Below are positions 49,404 to 59,535 of a stretch of 64,000 nucleotides of DNA, piece by piece. The notes beneath the pieces are model-generated. The model was not told the DNA's origin and ran no database searches. It worked only from the letters and a program-made list of their open reading frames with translations. Position numbers and translations under genes: made by a program. Position 1 is the stretch's first letter. The number at the start of each line of letters is the position of its first letter. Origin of the DNA: Paecilomyces variotii (Eukaryota); assembly GCA_004022145.1 (NCBI GenBank), contig RCNU01000001.1. One strand, written 5' to 3'.

Positions 49404-50807
49404 ATGCCGCCGGTGCCAGGCCCTGTCGAAGGAGAAGATGTTGGCTTGGATGTGTTGACAGACGGCTTTCAATACCGGGATCAGAAAACTCAGTCAACAG
49501 TCGCAGTCAAGGACAACCAAATCGTCTCTGTCTTGCCGAGCCAGGACAAGTTCAAACCAGGCTACACGATCTTGTTCGTCAACAAGCGTGTCGAGACTGG
49601 AGAATCGGGTTCACAGAAGGAATTCCCATACCTATCATCTGTTTTCGCAAAGAATTTGCCTGCGGAAGTGCTATCACGACACCTCTACTCGGGTCCGCCA
49701 GCCCACCTTGAGGCAAACTTACATGTGATAGTATCTACCGCTTCAGGTACAGGCAAAGGGAAGACCTTTTTTGAGGATCTCTTGCGCCCATTCTTGACCT
49801 ATATCGACAAAACTGATTATCAATTGCACGAGACAACGTCTGACCAGCATATTATTGATCTGGCGCGCTCTGTCCTTCTCCCGAGGGCCAAAGAGGGTAT
49901 CACGCAGACAATTCTACTCTTATCCGGGGATGGAGGACTGCTTGATATTATCCAGGTATTCTTCGATGAGTTCGAGGGGGAGAACCTACCCGCGGTCCCA
50001 AGCATTTGTCTCATCCCCACGGGCACTGGGAATGCAATGGCAAATTCTATTGGACTATTCTCTGATTCAACGTTCGGATTGACAAATATCATACGAGGCA
50101 CAGCTGTGTCTTTGCCGACCTTTAAAGCGACATTCTCCCCCGATGCGGAGTATATTACGGACGAAGGACGGCAGCGCAGCAGAATCAACCCATATACCAA
50201 AACCGGATCCCCATATCCTCAAATCCACGGCGCTGTTGTCGCTAGCTGGGGCGTGCATGCAGCCATAGTTGCGGACAGTGACACGGCAGAATACCGCAAA
50301 TACGGCGTGGACAGGTTCAAAATGGCAGCTAAAGAATGCTTATACCCTTCTGACGGATCAGGGCCACATGTGTATCGAGGCACGATCGATCTCACCCACA
50401 CGCATGGTCCTGATGGAACGGAACACGTTCAGAAGCTAGATGGTACTGAGCACATGTATGTCTTGGCGACCATGGTATCGGAGCTAGAGCAAGGATTCAC
50501 GATTTCGCCTTCGTCGAAGCCGCTTGATGGTCGTTTAAGGCTTGTCCATTTCGGCCCTCAACCACCGGAGACCGCAATGCACCTCATGACATTGGCATAC
50601 CAAAATGGAAAGCACATAAACGAGGATCCAGTGACATATGAGGAGTTTGACAAAATGAAGATCACATTCGATGAGGAGCTTGAGAAGTGGAGGCGCATTT
50701 GCATCGACGGGAAAATTGTGGTAGTAGAGAAAGATGGCTGGGTAGAAATCGAAAGAGAGAATCGGAAACTTTTGAATATCGTTACTGATGTATCTCATAA
50801 GTTATAG
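49404..50807 (+). CDS. Diacylglycerol-kinase catalytic-domain protein (sphingoid long-chain-base kinase-like)
   Basis: VIVSTASGTGKG, LLSGDGG, LIPTGTGNAMA, ICIDGK. Confidence 0.88.
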   Translation: MPPVPGPVEGEDVGLDVLTDGFQYRDQKTQSTVAVKDNQIVSVLPSQDKFKPGYTILFVNKRVETGESGSQKEFPYLSSVFAKNLPAEVLSRHLYSGPPAHLEANLHVIVSTASGTGKGKTFFEDLLRPFLTYIDKTDYQLHETTSDQHIIDLARSVLLPRAKEGITQTILLLSGDGGLLDIIQVFFDEFEGENLPAVPSICLIPTGTGNAMANSIGLFSDSTFGLTNIIRGTAVSLPTFKATFSPDAEYITDEGRQRSRINPYTKTGSPYPQIHGAVVASWGVHAAIVADSDTAEYRKYGVDRFKMAAKECLYPSDGSGPHVYRGTIDLTHTHGPDGTEHVQKLDGTEHMYVLATMVSELEQGFTISPSSKPLDGRLRLVHFGPQPPETAMHLMTLAYQNGKHINEDPVTYEEFDKMKITFDEELEKWRRICIDGKIVVVEKDGWVEIERENRKLLNIVTDVSHKL

Positions 50808-51412
50808 GGATGCTAGATGCTAGACTATTACATTTGATAATTCCTCCCTATAATAATATACCTAGTTCCACCGCAAGGCCATACTGTATTCTTGAGTATG
50901 GTCTTTTTCCCTTTTCGCTCATAGTATACATTTCCGGAGTTGTACTGTCGTGGGGAATGAAGTGGACAATCGAATACTTACCAACTGACGCCAGTGAAAA
51001 TGTGAAGCCCTCGATTTCCCGCATCGACTCCGATTCACCGGTTATTCAGTACTCATAAATTTATTCGCATTGACTTGCGACTATGTCTAGACGCGTGGCC
51101 AAGGGGCGGCAAGCGCAGCTCTTCATTTAACCTGGAGCCACGTGACGCGAAACGGCCAAGACGAACTGGACTCGACGCCGATCAAGATAGCTTTAACAAT
51201 CAACACCCAAATGGCGTTCGACATATTCAAGATGTCGGTGGGAGTCCAGGCCAGATGCTGAAGGTCCCGATGGCAACAGCTGTCTTGCTTCCATGCTCAT
51301 CAATACGCGCACTTATCTCCTCTCCCAAACTCGACGCAGTACTGCCTCTCCGAAGTCTGATTCACTAACAGGCCGGCACGGTCACTCTGAATCTACACAT
51401 CAGACTACAGAG

Positions 51413-54400
51413 ATGTTATTGGTATATCAGGCAGGTAGTGTCCATGTTGGCGAGGCTGTTCGGTTCGTTAATAGGGAATTTCTATTTTGTTTATCTAGTT
51501 GTTCTGGTCAAGATCTAATCTAAACATCTACGGATAGATATACGTTGACATACACACCGGCCGCAGACCCAATACTTCCAACGCCGTCGGAGCTGCATGT
51601 TAGGATTAAGAACACATCAGCCCTTCCTCTCCGCGCTGCCTATCTCCATGGTCCATATACTCTCTATACTGCCTGTTACCCGTCTTCTTTCAATCCAGAC
51701 CACAAACACAAATTAGAAGATGGGCTGCCACAATTCGAACCAAATCTCAGGGCAGGTGGGAGCTGGGATGCCGTCATCCCTATACCTGAGCGTATTCGGC
51801 AAACTCCAGAAACAGCCCTATCCATCGATCCCGAAATAGCAGCTGGAAGCGTTACTTGGGTCATTGAGATTGTATCACAAGTGATATTCTCCACGACAGC
51901 ATCTGTTCACTTTGAGCTCTTAGTCGGCCGCGATGAAAAGTCACTGAATTTGGGCTCGGGCTCTCGGAGCGGAGGATCTGGGAATGTGCCCCCTCCGGCG
52001 CAACTCCATGATCATTGGAAGCCAGGAGTCAAGCACCACCAATCTGCTGCCAATACTAGAAAGGGAGTAAATTCCAAGTCTATTACTTTGGTGGTCGATG
52101 ATACTTCGAGCCTTTGGAATACGCCTGCATTTCCATCTTGGGAAGAGAAACAGTACCTTGGAAAGGAGGCAGATACTCGCCAAACCTCTGGAGAGACGCA
52201 AAGCGATTCAGATATAAAAGGCGGAAACTCGAAACAGGCCGGGAGCGAAGGGAAAAGAAAGAAGCGGCGCATCCACTTTGTGGTTTTGACTCATGGCCTT
52301 CATAGCAACCTTGGCGCCGATATGCTATATCTAAAGGAAAGCATCGATGCCGCTTCTAAGGCAGCGAGGAAGCAGGCAAGAGAAGAACGCGATCGCCGAA
52401 AACACGAGGAACCCGAGAACACGGCTGGTGACGACGGCGCCGAAAGTGATGACGAGCAGGTTATTGTCCGCGGCTTTCCCGGGAATGCTGTACGCACTGA
52501 GCGAGGTATACAGTATCTAGGGAAACGACTCGCAAAATATGTCCTTTTGATGACGTACCCTGATCAGCCGTACCTGCCCACCAAGAAACCCAAGAAGTCT
52601 CTTTCTCGGTCATTGACTGGTTTGAAGAGCCCGACTGGATCAACTGCCCACAATCCTCTTGCAGAGTCCTCCGAACTTGGCGACAAGAACACTCCAGACT
52701 ACGCTTATGAGATTACCAGCATCAGCTTCATTGGTCATTCCCTAGGTGGCCTTATACAGACATATGCAATTGCCTACATCCGGAAATATTCTCCCGAATT
52801 TTTTGATCGGATAAAGCCTATAAACTTCATTGCTTTAGCAACGCCCTTTCTTGGTTTGAGCAACGAGAATCCAGTGTATGTGCGGTTTGCCCTTGACTTT
52901 GGTCTGGTTGGCCGCACGGGTCAAGATCTCGGTCTCAGTTGGACTGCCCCCAAGGTCAGAAGTGGCTGGGGAGCAGTGATTGGTGGCCTGGGGAACGAGT
53001 CTAAGAAGGCCGAGAAGCAGTCAGATCCAGGATCCAAACCACTGTTGAGGATACTCCCAAGTGGTCCAGCTCACCAGGTACTTCTCAAGTTCCGCAACCG
53101 GACAGTCTATTCTAATGTCGTCAATGACGGGATCGTTCCTTTGCGAACATCGTGTCTCCTTTTCCTAGACTGGAGGGGCTTGGATAGGGTGGAAAAGGCG
53201 AGAAGGGAGAACGGACTCGTTGGGACTATGGCTGAATGGGGTTGGGCAGAGTTAACCGGAGCAAATTCCAACACTGTCAAGACTGCCCGAACCCTGACGG
53301 ATTTGAGTCTAGGTCCTGCAGCTGAAGCACAACAAAGCAGCTCATCGCAGATGGAGTCAGCAGCTACAACAGGCAAAGCCAAGGATGACAGTCCTGGTGC
53401 AGACGAGATGTTGTCTCCTGCCCCGAGACAGTTCCTCAAGCACTCGGTGCAGACGGGCAATACCGATTTGGTCAAGTCTAAAGAAAACTCGCATTCGACA
53501 CCTGCAACGCCTGCGACACCTACCAGTCCACTTGGCAATTTGTTGTCGATGCTGCGGCCAAAACAGTCGAAAGATTCGAGCAACAGCAAAGATGCTAGGA
53601 TCTACAAGCGAAGCCAAACGATGAATATATCTAGTGAGCATACCGACACGTCCTCATCAGATGTGCCGCAGTCCGAGCAGCCGCGTCCTGGACCAGTCCG
53701 TGGAGACTCCTTATACGATGATGATGTATATGCGCCGCCCAAGACTACGTTTTTTGAATCTGCCGGCGACCTTCTGAAGCCGCCTCTTCCAACAACGGAG
53801 TTTCTCATCGACCCGGCTGCACGACCTCGCACAATATTCCATGATCGCGTGTACCATCCCGAGGATATTCCTCCCCCGTCTCCTGTAAAACGCCGTACCA
53901 TTTTCAGCTCTTCTCATAGTGCGCAGCCTGGGTCCAACTCAGGAACATCTCAGTCACTGGATCATCACGACCAGCAACACACCGAAGGCTCTATGAGTGG
54001 CATGAAAGTTGAAGAGAAGATTGCCAGGGCATATCACCGTGACTTGTCTTGGCGAAAGGTCTTGGTCCGTCTGGAACCGGATGCCCACAACAATATTATC
54101 GTGCGTCGAATGTTCGCAAATGCGTACGGCTGGCCAGTAGTGAAGCATCTTGTCGACACTCATTTTGCCTACACTCTTACTGCCGAAACTGATGATGCGC
54201 TCGAGCCGAGTGTTGAAAGAGCAAAGCCCGTCAACGAATCAGCATCTAATTCTGGCGAGGAGGTAGAAGGCCAAACTGAAGTTCCGAACATCGAAGCAAT
54301 CGAACGGGGTAAAAACGCTCCGAGCAATGATAGAAATCACCCTTCAGAGCTACAAAGCACTCCGTTCTCCGAAGATCCACAGAAGACGGCTCCAGTCCCC

Positions 54401-54589
54401 GAGCCTGCCGTTGGCCATGCAGATGCACATGATAAAAATTCGAATCTATCGAATCTCCCAAGACAGGATTCAGCAAGATGGGATGACCACCTTTCCGGTG
54501 ACGATAATGAAGAAACTCTTTCTGAAGCTGAAAGCAGTGATGGGAGCTATCATGACGATCTGAATCATTATAGACAGCGGACTGTCTAG
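51413..54589 (+). CDS. DUF676 lipase / serine esterase, Rog1-like. Exons 51413-51462 and 51538-54589.
   Basis: IKNTS.LPLRAAYLHGPYTLY, VVLTHGLHSN, nucleophile elbow FIGHSLGG, NDGIVPLRTS, PDAHNNIIVRR. Intron 51463-51537. Confidence 0.92.
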
Positions 54590-55143
54590 GACTGACAATG
54601 TCCACGGTTCCACACTAACTCTTAGCTTTTGCAGAAGATCTTGACATGGCCATTCATTGGTAGATAGATCGGGTATCATGCCTGTATATAATGTAGTCAA
54701 TAGTGTTGTTAATATGATAGAATGCATTTCAGTGGCACAACAGTAGAAATTCTAGATTGACATGGATTGTGTCGCATAACTCTCTCTCTCTGAACCTTGA
54801 AGAGAGGTATTTGAAAGTGTAGACCATACAATAATGCCGTGACTTGAGAGCAAATCTACAATACACGATGGAGATTTATTGAGAACGGTTAGAACCGACA
54901 GGTTTTACTAAACCATAGTAATCACATTTTGCATGACCCGGGGGGTCAATATCAGCCGAAAACTACCCGCCACTGCCCAGAGATTCAAGAGAAAACACAT
55001 AATTTTTTTGAATATTCATTTCGAAGAGTGCTAAATCCCGTAGTGCCATTCCATCAATACACACACTAGTTATCTCTCTAATGGGATCAGGAAGTATATC
55101 GGTGGCAGATCACAAGGGACTAGTCGTCCAGTCATAGCTGAAT

Positions 55144-56145
55144 TTAAACACTCTCAAGAACGGTCTCCTTGAATTCTCTCTCGACCTTCTGGCCCTTGTC
55201 GTCAGTCGTAGATTCACCGTGCAGGTTCAGCAGAGCACCGAGGTCGAACTTGGGCTGCTTGAGGAGCTTGACCTTGCGGATGTGGACCTAAAAAGAAAGC
55301 AGAGTCAGTTGACAATCGATCACTCAGAAATACTCCATGCAAGTACTAACATTCTGCAGGGGGTAGATTCCCTGGGTGGACTTCTCGATCTCGCGACCGA
55401 TGACCTCGGGGATGAGCTTGGTGGTAAGCTGGGAGAGGGTGCAGCTAGCAGCCTCACGCTGGATGATCTCCAGCATCTTCTTGCGGATAGCCCGGATCTG
55501 AGACGAGCGAGCGTAGGTGGTCTTCTTGATCTGGTTGGGGCGTCTCTTGGTGAAGGCAATGGCGAACAGTCGGATCAAGTAGTCATCGGTGGTCTTGACG
55601 GTGACGTTGGCCTCGATCAGGGACTGCCACTTGCGGACCAAGGAGCGCAGCTTGTCGGATGTGAAGTCCAGACCGTGGAAGTTGGTCAGACAGTTCTTTC
55701 CCTGGATCTCGTCCACACGGAGCTTAACCTTGCGGAAAGCGTGGTCCTCGTCGTTCTGGAGATCGGCAAGGGAGACCTCGAAGATTCGGCCCTTCAGGGA
55801 GTCGTTGGCGTTCTTAAGACCGCTGGTACGGTTGACGAGGGTCTTTCCAACATCGCGAATCTGGAAAGTGGACGGAGCCTGCATGTTGTTAGAGGTGTGA
55901 TAGCGGAGAAAATGTCGAAAATGAGATGTACCTTAACGGAGTACTCGTCCTTTCTCGAGAAGGGGTCGACGGTGCGCTTCTTGAGACCCTTCTTGCCCTT
56001 GGAAAGGCGCTTGTTCCTATAGAAATCAGCAACGCGTTCAGTTCACGCACGCTAGTCGATCAATCAAATAGATGTTTAAAGTTGCTGTGAAAAGCGATAA
56101 CTGGAGATTGGAGGGGGACGATTGTGCTCACTTTCCGACAGCCAT
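55144..56145 (-). CDS. RPS1: 40S ribosomal protein S1 (eS1/S3Ae). Exons 56145-56132, 56016-55932, 55878-55351 and 55287-55144.
   Basis: [51 protein letters not shown]. Strong codon bias. Confidence 0.98.
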
Positions 56146-56836
56146 ATTTGCGACTCGAGTCTATCTTACCACGTCGAAAGACAGACAATTGTCACCACAA
56201 GCGCTGGGTGGTTGATGTCGGTCGGTTCGAGTCGATTCAGGATGCGAGATTGAAAACGAAATCCCACACAAAAGTCGGCTAAGCGAGGCGGCGGCCCTAA
56301 ACCGACAACCTTATTACCTAAGCCCCGTGTTGCCACGTGACGCATAACCACCTCTGCGGGCAAGGAGCATTGCGTATTGGTAATTACGGCTGGACGCCCT
56401 TAATAGATTACGGAGGCAACTGCCCTAGTGTATTGACATTACTCCCCGCCTATGGCTAGCCAGGCCCAAGCTAAGTAGTACTAGCAGTAACTATCATCAC
56501 TACTACTACTTATCTACCTGCGAAACTGTTCACTGCTTGCTCAACCGCAGCCAGCTTCTATGCGCTGAGAGACTATTTGCCTGGTGGAATCGCCTGGCAG
56601 TGACTTCAAGTTACTACTCAAACGATCTTTCTCTCCGACTCTCCCCGTCTTCCCCCCCTCTTCCGTTTCGCCTTATCTGCAACTGCGCTCGAGTCCGTGA
56701 ATTTGCGCCGCTCCTGGAGAGCAGCCCATTCGCGATCAACTTCTCCGGAATACTAGCTTCGAACCGACTAGCTCCGACCGGCGCATAGGTACCTTGTTAA
56801 AAGGGCTATACTGCCCTTAGCTAGAGAAACTACAAG

Positions 56837-57378
56837 ATGGTATATGACTACTACCACTGGAGACCTTCACGCTCTAGTCCTTTACTGACGTATGGTCGCA
56901 TAAACACAGGGTAAAAGAAAGAAGTCGAGTCGCCAGCCGCAGGGACCCAAGAAGGTGCGTCGCAAGGAATCCATATTGTCGTCACGTTGGCTGTGCTAAG
57001 ATTGGACCAGAGAGAACCACTCCCAACAACATTTTCATGTCTGTTTTGCAACCACGAGAACTCTGTAATAGTGAAACTGGACAAAAAGTTGGGTCTGGGT
57101 AACTTATCCTGCAAAGTCTGCGGTCAGCGCTTCCAGACGGGCATCAACTGTGAGTACTTGCAGATCGTATGTTGTTGATTGTATACTAACGGATTACTAC
57201 AGACCTTTCTGCCGCTGTCGATGTCTATTCGGACTGGGTCGATGCTTGTGATGCTGTCGCAAAGAACGCTGCCGATAATTATGAAGATAGTGCTTCCCGT
57301 GGAGCACAGCTCCGCAGGTCACCTCCTTCTCCAGATCAACTAGCCAATTCTAGAGACTACGATGAGGATGATTATTGA
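56837..57378 (+). CDS. ELF1: Transcription elongation factor Elf1 (zinc ribbon). Exons 56837-56839, 56910-56954, 57011-57149 and 57203-57378.
   Basis: Spliced product [61 protein letters not shown]. Confidence 0.96.
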
Positions 57379-57521
57379 AGGCATAATAGGGCTATATTCA
57401 GGATTCTTGAAGTCGGTACTATGTGATTCTATTTGGTGGTTCACACCTGTTGAAAAGGCCCCTATGTTGCAAACCCACACCGTGCCTCATAGCCGCAATT
57501 CATATAGTTTCTTTGTATGGC

Positions 57522-58435
<914 letters not shown>

Positions 58436-58448
58436 GATGGAAGAAGGT

Positions 58449-58728
58449 CTGTAGTGAACGAACGTAGCACAAATAGCCAATCCAGTTAGTATGATCTCAA
58501 GGCTCTTTCTGACTGGAGCGAGTTTCTAGGTAAAGCAAATGTTGAACTCGTCACGAGTGGCCTCTTTTGGTCGCGAGATCACAACAGAGCTCCGTCTGCT
58601 CTGTGGCTCGAACAGAGGGCTTGATTGTAGAACGGTTGTCGCTAGCTCCAGAGCTCCACCAGTGTGAGATAAAGGGTACAGAAGAATGGGAAGACAAGAA
58701 GATAATTATGAATCATGCATGAACGTAC
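58449..58728 (-). other. 280-nt intron in the FUR1 5' UTR, internally structured
   Basis: Donor gtacgt at 58728, perfect TACTAAC at 58491-58485, acceptor ctacag ending at 58449, 13 nt before the ATG. Confidence 0.7.
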
Positions 58729-59535
58729 CCGGAGACGGTCTACTGGGCAATTATGAGCGTGCGCCGTGAGTTGTACCGAAAACTCCAAGCCTGTTCTAGA
58801 TAAGGGCTAAGTATTTAGCTAGCTTGGCGGGGCGAGGTTGGGGACAGACCGCCTTCCAGAAAAGAAGATCATCTAGCTTGTTGCGACGAACTTGCGAGCC
58901 GCTAAGCAGAGTTACATTATGATTATTTGAGGATTGTAACTACTGGGATACAAGCTTCAGACGCTCTTATTATCTTAGCGTGAAATGATCTCCACCCGCA
59001 CGGCTTATATCATTCCAACTTGTCGCATTCTCGACTTCTCCAGACGACACATATTATTCTGAGCCATATCATCGCAGGAGATGTTGGTTGTCGTCGCAAG
59101 ACAAGCCAAGACGTACTACCGGAGAAAGGCAACCTGATACTGTGATTTTTGCTGATAACCGCAATCGGAGGGCTGGGATAACTCAAAATTCTGTAAGATG
59201 ATTCTGTCGCAACCCGGCTATGCGCACGTTCTCCCCTCAAAGTGGGGAGCATCCATTACAGCAAGATAACCATAGCATCGTGTTCTACTTACTATTTGAA
59301 GCCTATCTGTCAATTTTGTCTCAAGCATCCTGCGATTGGATTCTTGGTGGGATCTAGCTCGAGGGTTTTACAGTTTGGCTGATCCTTTAACATGTCAGGT
59401 TCTCATCTAGGGCGACCAGCCCTCACTTTCAGAGACTTCTTTGTCGCCAATGGCCACGATAATCCCGCGCAAATTCTATGTCTAATCTGCCTCTGAGACC
59501 ATTAGAGTGAATTGGCCATAGCCGGTGCCTACAAA

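Noticed and set aside
34306-54589. Apparent inositol/lipid gene cluster (IMPase, VIP1, DAGK-like kinase, lipase)
   Set aside because: Interspersed with unrelated genes, and I see no shared motif; consistent with chance.
55219-56022. 267-aa ORF antisense to RPS1
   Set aside because: Mirror of a strongly biased ribosomal-protein gene; non-ATG start and no domain signal.
56208-56236. GGTTCGAGTC B-box / T-loop-like sequence upstream of RPS1
   Set aside because: No acceptor stem or anticodon arm, so not a tRNA. An isolated TFIIIC site cannot be supported from sequence alone.
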